In this document: positions 24,161 to 35,683 of the stretch, in pieces
How positions within the stretch are numbered: the first letter of the stretch is position 1
Layout: every line of letters starts with the position of its first letter
NCBI RefSeq assembly: GCF_006345805.1
Contig: NC_042999.1
Location: forward strand, 24,986,001-25,050,000
Length of the DNA: 64,000 bases
DNA from: Octopus sinensis
Lineage: Eukaryota
Direction: 5' to 3'
The notes under the pieces: generated by a model
Databases searched by the model: none
What the model saw: the letters and a program-made list of their open reading frames with translations, nothing else
Told to the model about the DNA's origin: nothing
Program-made: the position numbers and the translations under genes

Positions 24161-24869
24161 AAAAGAACTCTAAACTTTGTTTATACTTTTGTAATCTTTA
24201 ATAAAATATGAAGATTTGTTAACAATGTTGGCCTTAGAATAGTCCTCTTCTATTTCATGCAATTCATGAATTTTTAAAGAACTTTTTACATCAAGAACTT
24301 CAAAAATAGCAGTGTCATATAAATGCATACAGCTCTTAATCTGTACACAGAGGTCACAAATATTCTAAGTCTTGGGCTCTGGAAAGCCATTGTTTTAATG
24401 AATTCAAGTGAATTGGTGAAATAGGAATGACTAACCAATAAAAATAATCACTCTGAATGGCAGATTTTTCATTTTTTGCACATTCCCAAACCAATTAAAC
24501 TTGTAAAATTTCATTAATTGAGTTATGAATTTCTCTAGTTTCAATGTCACACAGATGCCTCAATTTTCTTTCAAACTTGGATTTTTCAGTTTCTTTTTCT
24601 TGTCCATCGTTTTCCTCTCAATAACAATAACCTATTTACTTTTCATCATCAGATGGAGCATTTTTATACTCACAATCATCAGAGAGACAGTCAACACTGG
24701 CAAAATCATGGTTGCTCAAAACATGTAGTGCTACATAATTTACAGAATTTGTAGGGAAAAAGTACTATTCTTTTACTAATGAACAACTGTAATACAAAAA
24801 TATGGTACAAATTTTCATTGGCAAAAGTTTGGTACAAAATTTGACTCCAATAAACTGACAACAAACCTT

Positions 24870-24958
24870 GGATCTTTTCGGTTTGAACGGCAGTTTTTTT
24901 CTAGCGGCATCATATGAAATTGTCACCCATAATTATGACCCTAGTATTGATCTATTGC
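24870..24958 (-). mobile_element. GGATC-MITE truncated end
   Basis: One TIR plus about 60 bp of interior, in reverse orientation. Confidence 0.8.
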
Positions 24959-25029
24959 AAAAGAAGAAATAAAGATAGACTTTTTTTCTATTCTAAAGAA
25001 AAACGATTTCCCATGGCTTTATCGATCGT

Positions 25030-26990
25030 ATCCTCCCCAATAATCTAAGAGCAGTATGCATTGTTATTTCTCAAACTTCATCAGAAATTTAGGATTTGAT
25101 GGTAAGCTCTGATAAAAATCAATCCTTGCAAAATATTTCATACCTGACAGTATTTGTAATGCCATCTCAATGTTTCATGTAATTAAGGGTTAGAACACAT
25201 CTGGAATTACTCTTATCTTGTAATTGACACAAATATGTACATCACCATGGGGTTCATGCTCCATGGCTATCACTGCAGCTTACTTACCCTTTCCAGGTTC
25301 CATTATCTGGCATTTTCCTTAATTTTGCTACAACATGGGGATAAATATGTACAGCATTATTTTTAAAATTCAGTTTCAACTTTATAATCTTTTAAGCAGC
25401 TAATATAATCAGATTGCGTGTGATGAAGAAATGACATACTATTGCATCGCAATACATCCATTCTATTAAGATAATACCTTTTATAAATAAAAGTGACAAT
25501 TATGGAAGCTAAATCATTACTAATGTGTCCCCAATATGGTTTCAAACTTTCCCAAGTGATTGATTACTAAACCATCGAACTGATTGAGAGTGGCATTGAA
25601 AATTCCATATTGGGAGATCCTAAATTCATTCAGAAAGTCTTTGATAAGATATTGATTTCAAATTTTGGTGCAAGGCTAATAATTTTGGGTGAGGAGCTAA
25701 GTCAATTACACTGACCCCAGTGTTTAACTGGTACTTATTTTATCGACCTAGAAAGGATGAAAGGTAAAGTCGACATCAGTGGAATTTGAACTCAGAATGT
25801 GGAAACAGATGAAATGCCACAAAGCATTTTGCCCAGCATGTTAACAATTCTGCCAGCTTGCCACCTTAAGTCTTAGGCAAGATATTAGCATCACTGCCAG
25901 TGTCCACTTGCATCTACACATCAATATCCTTTAATTTAATGGAGGTCAATGAAGTAGAATCACTGTTCTCAATGTTGAAGAAATTACTTGTTTCTTAATT
26001 ACCAGTACAACTTGAAAATGCCTTCCAAGAAGACTGAAAATGGTTCTTCTCATAGATATTTTATGTCTTTCCAAAAGCAGGAGACTTATATTATTGGTGT
26101 AGCCACAAAACTTACATGTAACCTTTTTCTTGTGCACATGTGACACAGACAATTCTTTTAACATACTAACATTATCACGAGAAGCATTTTCTGAAATTGA
26201 ATGTTCAAATATTTCAGAGCAACATGCAGAATTTCATAGTGTATCAATTTAGTTGCAATTGATCATCTTCAGCATATCAAATTCATAAAAATGTGAATTT
26301 TCTTTCAATCATCACCATCACATGCATAGAGCTGTCAAATTTAATAGCTGGTCCCTTTGTTGAGACAGTATCTCTTCCAGATCTTTTCGGTTTGAACGGC
26401 AGTTTTTAACATAATTTCTTGGTAACTAAAAAATTTTAAACTTCGTATACTGGTAGAATGTGTTTATAAAACATCTTTTTCTCTTGGCTTTATTGAGAAA
26501 ATTCTATAGTTTGTAAGATATTTGTTGTTTTTTTTCTTCAATTTCAACCAATCAATGACGTCTATTGAGGTAAAAAACATTCTGTGCCATATGAATATGT
26601 CCCTCGTTTAAGAAACAGATTGGGTTTATTTACATTTGGGAAGAAAAAAAGATACCCTTCCCCCACCCCTAACCCTAACCCTAAAAGAGATTGAAATGCA
26701 ATAGATTGATTCTAGGGTCATAATTATGGGTGACAATTTCATATGACACCGCTAGAAAAAACGGCTGTTCAAACTGAAAAGATCCTCTCTTCCTCCTACA
26801 TATTTTCCACATTTATCATCTCTCATAATGTCATTTTCAAGCCTCTTTCCAATCATCATTGATGAGAGTAAGAGTGCCACCCATTTTAAACACTTTTTCC
26901 AACTACGTCTTCATTTACTCTAGTATACTGCTTTGCAATTTGGAATATCTCATGCCTATGAACCTTTCATTACTGAACACTATTAAGGTG
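25030..26990 (-). mobile_element. Decayed Ty3/Gypsy gag-pol fragment
   Basis: Zn-knuckle-like CKFCGY..PAFGK (~26050-26130), protease MQVDTGSDANILP (DTG at 25896-25904), RT GDVHICVNYK and LSGMKYFARIDF..AYHQI (~25050-25250). Interrupted by a SINE and a MITE; no LTRs seen. Confidence 0.75.
26379..26785 (+). mobile_element. GGATC-MITE copy 6
   Basis: Perfect TSD tctcttcc. Confidence 0.9.
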
Positions 26991-27199
26991 GTGAGCTGGC
27001 AGAAACAGTATGTTGAAGTGCTTAGCGGTATTTCACCTGTCAATACGTTCTGAGTTTAAATTCTGCCAAGGTCGACTTTGCCTTTCATCCTTTCGGGGTC
27101 GATAAATTAAGTACCAGTTTGCGTACTGGGGTCGATTAAATCGACTGCCCCCTCCCAAATTTCCAGCCTTGTACCTATAGTAGAAAGGATTACTGAACA

Positions 27200-28400
27200 T
27201 TATCAAAGCTCTTGCTTTCTGCTTGTTTTCAAGCAATGCTCACTTGTCACATGATGTAGTTCTTTGCTACTCACTTTCTTCTAGCCTTTCCTTACTTGTC
27301 TTTGTTTTTATTGCTTCATCCACAGTGCTAGCCCACCATCATGCTATCGTATATCTGGCACAAAATTGGTTTGCAGCTTGCATTGTGTTAACTCCAAAGA
27401 GGAGAGGAAAACCCTTTGAAACATTAAAAGTTCCTTTCTCCTCCTCCTTTTTGTCATATGCACTTTCCAGAATTGCCCTGAGCATTTATTTATCTCAATG
27501 ATGTTTCAGTCACCACACTTTTCTTCTTCATAATGTCTCTCAGCCCATCTGTTTTTTATTCTAAAATCTGAAGTTAGCCTGTGTTAAGGTGAGCATTCTT
27601 AACTGAAGAAGACCTTGGTAATTATAGCTATCTACTTAATCCATTTCCTGGTGAGAATGAAATCTATTTCACGTCATGTTAATCTGACTGGAAGGTGATT
27701 AAATGGCAGGTTGGTTCCCTGAAGTTCATGTTGCAGATAGTTCCTTTGTATCACAAACTTCTTGAAGTCTTGATACCATAATCATAACCACCACGTACTT
27801 CTGAGAAGCTCTCATGCCCATTAAAATCCCCAACCAGAAAAATTATGTTTCTTTTATTTATTTTTGAGGTGGTTTACTGTAGTATCTCATAAAAATAATC
27901 TAACAGTCCTTTTTCTCACCAGAGAGTCATGATCGTGGTACACATGTTGAGATAACAGTTGCTGTTGCTTTACCTATAACTATTCTAAAGAGTAATCAAC
28001 TTCACAATATTATAATTACTTTAATTGTATTATCAATCTTCTGTTTCTTCTACCAGTATGTCTACTGTATGTAAGCCAGTGTTATCTACTTAAAAGAATT
28101 TGTACCTATGTTTCATTACTTGTGTTGAGTCTAGCTGAGGCTTCTTTCCATCTTACCTCTTGCATGCAGCACACATCTACTTGTTCTCATTCTAGCCTTT
28201 ATAATCTTACCAGATTTACCTTTCAGTGTGCCAATGTTGTTAGTTGTGACCCTGAGTTTTTAGTGTTAGATGGGTTGCTCCAAGATCTATTCTCTTCACT
28301 TCTAAAGAAGTGGGTGGATAAGGGATTCTTGCTTAGGGTCAGCTGTTCCCACATAATCACCCTAATAACGTACACAGCACTATCATGTATATGCTACTCC
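27200..28400 (-). mobile_element. Decayed RTE-type LINE (AP endonuclease region)
   Basis: NIGTLKGKSG..VDVCCMQEVRWK-like, LVGDFNGH-like and DFILTRK-like remnants with stops. Confidence 0.65.
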
Positions 28401-29005
28401 TGAGTTTACAGATTTTATTTTTCATAATATTTATGTACTAGTTCCAAGAATATTTGCTTCAGAGCCAGACAGCATGTACTTTTGACAATAACCAATTTTA
28501 TTTTTGATCTTACTGAGGACATTATGGTCTTTTTTATGTCTGTGAAATTCATCTTCAGCACTTTAGAGTACTCCATCAACAGAAACTCTTTTAATATTCT
28601 CAACCCTTGTGTATATCAGTAAAATTCTTTGCAAATTAAGTTTGCAAGTGCAGGTTAATTTCAAGATTTCTTGCCAATAGAGAAAGAACCGGTTTCTACC
28701 CTAGATCCAAGGCTCCTTCATTGGAAATTTCAACACCAACAACAGGATATTTTTGTTTGTATGTATGAATGCATGCAAGCATGTATGTATACGTGCAGAT
28801 TTATATGTTTTGTTTTATGTATGTATTCTCATGTATGTAGTTGCATATCTAAACATGCTCATATATATTTAAATGCTAAACTTCTGGAAAGTTTTACAGA
28901 TTTTTAGAGTTCCATTGATGTATTGGATCTGTAGCCTTCAAATTAATTTTCTCCTTTCTCGTTTTGAGAAGTCTAAGTTTTCAAGATTGTTATTTAGGCA
29001 GTGTG

Positions 29006-29360
29006 TTACATATGTACAAATGTACACAGTTTCTCTTCTCTATCCCAAATCATTATATCAGGTCTGTTGTGTTTACATTTTATTGAAGTCTTCACTGGGA
29101 CATTCCACCAGTGCTCCTTTTTATTATGAGTGGCTATGGCTTCTACAATACTGTGAGTTCTTATTTCTTTGATCTCGTAGTTATTCTTCTGATGGATTTC
29201 ATTATAAAGTGTTCTAGCTACAACATCCTGTCTCATCAGTAGATAATACCATGATGACATTTTCAGACAACTGCTTATGATGTGGGTTATATCATCGGTG
29301 TTAATTCCTGTATTTCTATCCCTTTTGAGCATCAGGTATTTGGTTGATATTTCCTGTTCC
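29006..29360 (-). mobile_element. R4/Dong-like (RLE) non-LTR retrotransposon C-terminal fragment
   Basis: DDITHIISSC..YYLLMRQDVVAR..WWNVPVKTSIKCKHNRPDIMIWDREEKLC matches the CCHC/RHD/PD endonuclease region of restriction-like-endonuclease elements. Confidence 0.7.
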
Positions 29361-29779
29361 TGTATGTATGTGTGTGTATGGATGAATGGAACATTCAACA
29401 TTCTCTGTAGCTATGCCCTAAATTCACTGAGCGACTGAGTATTTATTTAATGAATAAAGGATTCAAAAGAGAATTAGGCGTAACATACCAGAAAAATTAT
29501 ACAAATTGGGAATTAAATGTGTAAATATCATTTAGCAACTAGCAGAAAATCGTTCGCGGGTTCTTGAATTTTGTTACTGCATGTTTGTAACTTGTATTTC
29601 TTGCCTGTTAGCGTTCGGATTGATTATGCATCCTCGCTTATACAGTGTGAATCTTAGGACTGCATTTATAGTGTGACATCATACGTAACAGAAAAAACAA
29701 AGCCCATGTTCTTTTCCTTTGTTACGGATGTGCTCTTCATATTATGTCGTTAAACTCCCCAGACTGCACAGCACTTCGG

Positions 29780-29867
29780 ATTTTAACGTGACTAGCAATA
29801 AGAGCCAAAACGTGTCGCGCTGTGAGCGTATCGACTCCTACACACACACACACACACACACATCATG
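29780..29867 (+). promoter_or_regulatory. Candidate promoter/first exon ending in ATG|GTAAGC
   Basis: Locally CpG-retaining sequence, then (CA)n, then CATC-ATG (29865-29867) immediately followed by a consensus-like donor GTAAGC. No downstream exon identified. Confidence 0.3.
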
Positions 29868-30779
29868 GTAAGCAGAAATAGGAAATTATCGCCGTTAGAA
29901 TGTCTTTGAACATGTAAATCTCGGCCAGTATCCTCTGTTTCACATAGGGATTGTGAAGGTGATGGGAAATGCTTCTTTTTCCAAACTGATTTAATAAATA
30001 AAAGAATAAAGAGCTGGCTGATCCCATTCCACCTCCGTTAAACTCACTTGTCACTTTCCTCGGCAGCCATATTGTGTGTACATTCCCATTAAAAATACTA
30101 CATCTAATCCTTCCTCCTCAGAATGTTGCCCTTATGGAATTCCTGCTCATGTTTTCCTGTACCCATTGACTTGCACTTATGCAAGAATGTTAACGACATA
30201 GATCATAGAGGGCCTGTTTAGGTCTTAAGCACAAGCCTTTTTTTATAGATCAAACCAGGGAAAAATAAAAAGTGAATTGTCTCCGTCTATTTATAATTAG
30301 GTAGGCTGGACCATTTGACTGTTCAATTTCTTCACCAATGATGTAGTGAGCACAGCACTACACCAGATACGCACTTCCGACCTCTTCATGGACCATCCGT
30401 CACTTTGTCCGCTCAGTCACCCGTTTTTTCGTTTAGTGGGACAAGTGAAGTAAAGTAGTTGCAACTGGCAGTACTGGACTTTCTTCCACTAGAGCCTACT
30501 TCTGAGGTGTTGATAGTATATTAGAGTCATACACTTTCGTGGAACTGAGACCACGAAATACACAGTAACGTAGCTAATAGGGGAGCAAGGGTAGCGATCT
30601 CCTTCCCCTGAGCATATTTTTCAAAATTGGCGTCTTTTCAGTAATTTCTTGAAATTCTTTAGTTCACTTGTGCAATAAAAGTCGAATCTCTCTCTTTTTT
30701 TTTTGTTAATCGCATGGTCTTCGGTGAATTTTCTGGAGCCATTACTTTATTTGACCGACCTTTAATGTTTTGAACTGTC

Positions 30780-31425
30780 GGATCTTTTCCTTTTGAACGG
30801 CAGATGTCAACACAATTTCTAGTTAACTAAACACTTTTAAACTTCGTATACTGGTAGAATGTGTTTATAAAACATCATTTTATCTTGGTTTTATTGAGAA
30901 AATTCTATAGTTTGTAAGATATTTCGTCTGAAAATCCGAGCATTTCGGCAATTTTAACCAATCGATTACCTCCATTCAACTAAAATCATTTGCTGCGTCT
31001 AAAACTGAGACAATATCTTGTAACTAACCCTAAACCTCCCCCCTAACCCTAACCCTAATGCTTTTTTCTTAATTGTTAAATTAATTTAATTCCATTGCTT
31101 TAGTTTTTTTTACACGTGTAACAATTAAATTAATTTAACAATCAAGAAAAAAAAATTTAGGGTTAGGGTTAGGGTTAGGGGGAGGTTTAGGGTTAGTTAC
31201 AGGATGTTGTCTCAGTTTTAGACGCAGCAAATGAATTTAGCTCAAAAGAGAGCATAGGATTGGTTAAAATTCGAAAAATTAAACTACGTTAAACAAACAA
31301 ATTACAATTTTCTTAAGAAAGCCAAGAGAAAAAAAATGTTTTATTTTGACACATTCTACCAGTATACGAAGTTTTAAAGTGTTTAGTTAACTAGAAATTG
31401 TCTGCCGTTCAAAAGGAAAAGATCC
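30780..31425. mobile_element. Foldback (palindromic) relative of the GGATC-MITE
   Basis: 646 bp, arms of ~300 bp, perfect TSD gaactgtc, CCCTAA and TTAGGG runs inside. Confidence 0.9.
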
Positions 31426-32418
31426 GAACTGTCTGCTCAGTCTCCTGTGATGTGTTGGTGGCTGCTACCTAAATCAGTAATAAGTTTAGTATATAAAGAC
31501 ATTGTTACTGAAACATGAAATGAATGAATTTAGAATACATTTACGTGTATTATAACTTATGAAATATTTCGCAGAGTATATGAGAAATGCGTTTAAAATT
31601 GTTTGGTATGTGTCACGGTGCCCTTCTTTATGTGCTCGCTTCCCTTAACTTTAGGACCTGGCTACGCCTCGAGAAGTACTACGGTTTGTGATGAGAAACC
31701 ATTTCAGTTCAGTGATGTCACTAATGAGCTTGAAAAAAACTGCCTCAAAATCTCATTTTATTCTCCCTTCACAAATATGATTGAAAATAACGCACTCCGA
31801 TGAAGGTCCCTGTTTAAAACAACAGATCTCTCCTGTTTCCCCACCACAAACAATCTTATTCCACTTAATGATCTCGCATTTCTTATTTGCCGGCAAGTGT
31901 TACATGATCTGCCAACAAGTTTCCCCTGAAATGCAATGTTTCCGAAGTTACCAGCGTGATGACTTGTTTGAAGAATGTTTCAATTAATATGTGTTATGAT
32001 AATATTAATTAATCATACTCATTATGTTATTCGCTTGCATCTCCCAATCAGGAGAAATATATTTTTCTGACATTCTTACAGATGAAAAACATTACCACGT
32101 CCGATTCTTCGAGTGCTATGAGAATATATACATATGATATTCTTATGAATCAAATAAGTTTATGTCACACCATGATGAAACCTAATCTGTCAGTGAATTG
32201 TCAGTTCTAATTCCTCTTCTTCCTTTTATCTTTGTTTCAGACATATTTCCTGGTTAACTATAGCATGCATAAGCACGACTATTTAATATGCATTTGTCTT
32301 CATCAAACTATATTTCAGTGAAAGCAATCGCACTAAATTTGTCAATACCGACAATTCTACTTTTCTTGGTCTCGACTATTTCACTTAAAAACTGAAAACC
32401 AAATCATAATAATAATGA

Positions 32419-32424
32419 TTTATT
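32419..32424 (-). promoter_or_regulatory. Candidate polyadenylation signal of the tyrosinase gene
   Basis: AATAAA on the minus strand about 265 nt after the stop codon. The sequence is AT-rich, so this may be chance. Confidence 0.35.
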
Positions 32425-32687
32425 ACTTAGCCCCCGTGTTTTACCCAAACGACACATTGTATATATGTGTGTAAATACTGTATATGACACACACGTCTAA
32501 TGGTATGTACATGTGTGTTTTCAATTAAAGTTAACATTGCATTTATAACTAGTCTAATTTGTTCAATCAAATTTTCTGATGGTAATCCATGAAAAAGATA
32601 AAGAAAATGACAAAGATGACACAAGTCAAAATATTTTATGCATTGCCTGACTATTTCCCTCCTCTTCGTCTTTTACTGGCCATCCTT

Positions 32688-33381
32688 CTACAAGTTCGGT
32701 AGATTCACTAGCGGGACGCAAATATCACGTGTTAGATCACATTTCAGATAACTAGAACCGCAGTTTGGTTGAGATCTTGAGCAAGAAGGTGTTGGTGCAC
32801 ATTGGTAGAAATTATGTGAGAAGTATTCATGCACAGCATGTCGTACTAGCAACCAACCAAATCCAATTTGCGAATTTGGAGCATGCGTCTGTTTGCCGTA
32901 AGAAAAGAAAGGATAGTCGCTACTGGGGTCAATATCATGCATTCGCTGCTTGGTACGGAATTTCTCCCAAATGCAGTCAATATATGCATGGTGCATCCAA
33001 AACATTGGGTCATAACACGCTGATTCTACTTTACCCATTTGCCCACCGACCCATGTGTGAACATGGTTGTGCATTTTCTCAATATTTGTCCAGTTCGGAG
33101 CATGTGGGTACGTAATGTCTTCTAAATAAAAACGCAACATAACGTTTCTCTCGTCTCTGGTTGTCATCAGCCGGTTTACACGTCCAAAATTGCGATGTAA
33201 GGGTCCATGCGGTGTAAACCATCCTGCAAAAGGACCAACTGTGACCAGTCCACGACCATTTCCAATAAAATGGTCTGAAAATATTGAAGATTGAGTCGGG
33301 TCAAACAAACTGTTATCAAGAGTATTATTCCAGTATGGAATGTTAATACCAGGAATTATTTGGTTCAGTGCGTTTTCTAGC
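32688..33381 (-). CDS. tyr: Tyrosinase-like gene, coding exon 3 (CuB site, Cys-rich C-terminus, stop)
   Basis: Acceptor tttccctctag|G restores the frame (CT+G = Leu, then LENALNQ). Contains IPYWNNT, HNHVHTWVGGQM...DPMFWMHHAYIDCIW (CuB) and a C-terminal CAPTPSCSRSQPNCGSSYLKCDLTRDIC module. The frame is open to the stop; the spliced protein is 337 aa. Confidence 0.95.
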
Positions 33382-33477
33382 CTAGAGGGAAACAAAGAAT
33401 GAGAGAAAATTTAACCGATTGTTGTGTTAGGAAAGAACCAATAATACGTGGGTTGTTAATACACAAATATATACAGA

Positions 33478-33877
33478 ACTAGCAGTATCGCCCGGTGTTG
33501 CTCGGTTTTGTAAGGGAAATAACTATATAAGCATTTTTAGAGAGTTATAGCCAAAAGATAGCAAAAAAATGCATTAAAAATGGAAAAAAAATTATGGTAA
33601 ATTTTTTTTTAAATCGTTGACTCATCGTAGACATTTTTAGAGAGTTACTTCCCTTATATAATAGCGAAAAAATGCATTAAAATGGAAAAAAATGATGGTA
33701 AATTTTTTTTTAAATCGTAGACTCATCGTAGACGCGCGCTAATACCCAGAAGGGCTCGATATGAATCACGACTATAAGATACCCGCTTTTGGTTAAACTG
33801 CACCGCAAAATGTGGGAGTAGTTAGGAATCTAAATCGTAGGAGACAGACACACAACTTCACTTTTATATATAAAGAT
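33478..33877 (+). mobile_element. Non-autonomous Helitron-type (Lep1/HINE-like) element
   Basis: Starts ACTAGCAGTATCGCCCGG.GTTGCTCGG and ends TTTTATATATAAAGAT; near-identical to 37025-37421. Confidence 0.6.
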
Positions 33878-34070
33878 TACATATCGTAAGTTTGATGTGG
33901 CATTAAAACGGAGTGCGGTGAGGTGGAAGCCTCGGAAATTTTATCCACCCCTACCCCCATTGATCTTTTCACCAGCACGATTTTCACGCAGGAAAAAAAA
34001 ACATCCATTTCCCTAACCCTAACCCTAAAACTCTAACCTTAACCCCAAAACCCTAACCCTGAAAACATCA

Positions 34071-34484
34071 TAGGCGCAGGAGTGGCTGTGTGGTAAGTAG
34101 CTTGCTAACCAACCACATGGTTCCGGGTTCAGTCCCACTGCGTGGCATCTTGGGCAAGTGTCTTCTACTATAGCCCCGGGCCGACTAATGCCTTGTGAGT
34201 GGATTTGGTAGACGGAAACTGAAAGAAGCCTGCCATATATATGTATATATATATATGTGTGTGTGTGTGTATGTGTTTGTGTGTCTGTGTTTGTCCCCCT
34301 AGCATTGCTTGACAACCAATGATGGTGTGTTTACGTCCCCGTAACTTAGCGGTTCGGCAAAAGAGACCGATAGAGTAAGTACTGGGCTTACAAAGAATAA
34401 GTCCCGGGGTCGATTTTCTCAACTAAAGGCAGTGCTCCAGCATGGCCGCAATCAAATGACTGAAACAAGTAAAAGAGTAAAAGA
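34071..34484 (+). mobile_element. SINE family A
   Basis: Full-length match. Confidence 0.9.
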
Positions 34485-35270
34485 GAGGTAGAGGGGATGG
34501 GTAAAATTTCCGAGGCGTCCACCTCACTCCAATCCATTTTCAGACCCCCAAAAAGGGTTTTGTAACATATCAGGATGTCACAAGAATTCATTTAACGAAA
34601 AAAATGTGTCCTATGAATCTAGGACCTGGGGGAGGGGTTCCCCCCTTTCGCTCCTCACTTTCCGAACCCAAGTAAGGGATTTGCAGCATATTAGGAGGTC
34701 AGAGTACTCAATTCCACGCAAAAAATCCGAGTTTTTTTTCTTAGTCATAATCGTGCGGGTGTTATTCTGAAAAAATACCTAAAAAATCACGGGTTGTCTT
34801 AGAGCAATCCCATACAGATATGGGATTCCATGAAATGCCACTTATGTTTAAGTGAGAAGTCCTTTATCTTGTTTCAGGACAACTCGTAAACCGAAAATCC
34901 GAATTATTTGGTTGAGATCTTTTACTTGTTTCACTTATTAGACCGTGGTCATACTGGGGAACCGCGTTGAAGAACTTTTAATCGAATAAATCGACCTCAG
35001 TACTTATATTTTTAAGCTTGGTACTCATTCTATCGATGCCTTATGCCAAACCGCTAAGTTATAGGGACGTAAACACACCAACACTGGTTGTCAACCAGTG
35101 GAGGAGTATAAACACAGATACAAAGACACACACAAACACATAGATATAGATATTTATACGACGGGCTTCTTTCAGTTTCCGTCTACCAAATCCACTCACA
35201 AGGCTTTAGTCGGCCCCAGGCTATAGTAGAAGACACTTGCCCATTGAAATAACTATTTCTTTCTACTGCA

Positions 35271-35683
35271 AGATCTTTTCGGTTTGAACGGCAGTTTTTC
35301 TAGCGGTGTCATATGAAATTGTCACCCATAATTATAACCCTAGTATCGATCTATTGCATTTCAATGTTTTAGGGTTAGGGGTGGGGGAAGGGTATCTTTT
35401 TTCTTCACAAATGTAAATAAACCCAATCTGTTTCTTAAACGAGAGACATATTCATACGGCACAGAATGTTTGTATTTTTACCTCAATAGACGTAATTGAT
35501 TGGTTGAAATTGCAGAAATTGAAGAAAAAAACCAACAAATATCTTACAAACTATAGAATTTTCTCAATAAAGCCAAGAGAAAAAGATGTTTTATAAACAC
35601 ATTCTACCAGTATACGAAGTTTAAAATTTTTTAGTTACGTGGAAATTATAAAAAAAAAACTGCCGTTCAAGCCGAAAAGATCC
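35271..35683 (-). mobile_element. GGATC-MITE copy 8 (reverse orientation, no TSD)
   Basis: Full interior and both TIRs; flanks ctactgca / aatggttc do not match. Confidence 0.88.

Larger units (their letters stand above)
18200..24800 (-). mobile_element. Decayed Helitron/Helentron RepHel coding region, split by younger TEs
   Basis: Ordered motifs on the minus strand: NIFHALNWLETNNELH (~23500); LE*LCISVLFPE..EPRFRRNIQHLF (~22700-22830); LLMLF..SEIDF..SYEE (~21800); LNEDQKTVFNEV (~21570); Walker A FISGI*GTPKSF (~21104-21140); IDAISM (~20870); FGDSLQLPPV (~20770); TRNHFP..ITIHK (~19030); EEYNKL (~18250). Many stops and frameshifts; the HUH Rep core was not found. Confidence 0.8.

Noticed and set aside
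31020-31200. Telomere fusion scar or true telomere
   Set aside because: Only 2-4 units, opposite orientation to a fusion, and contained within a TSD-bounded transposon.
31700-32080. C/D-box snoRNA-like TGATG motifs
   Set aside because: No properly spaced CTGA D box with a terminal stem.
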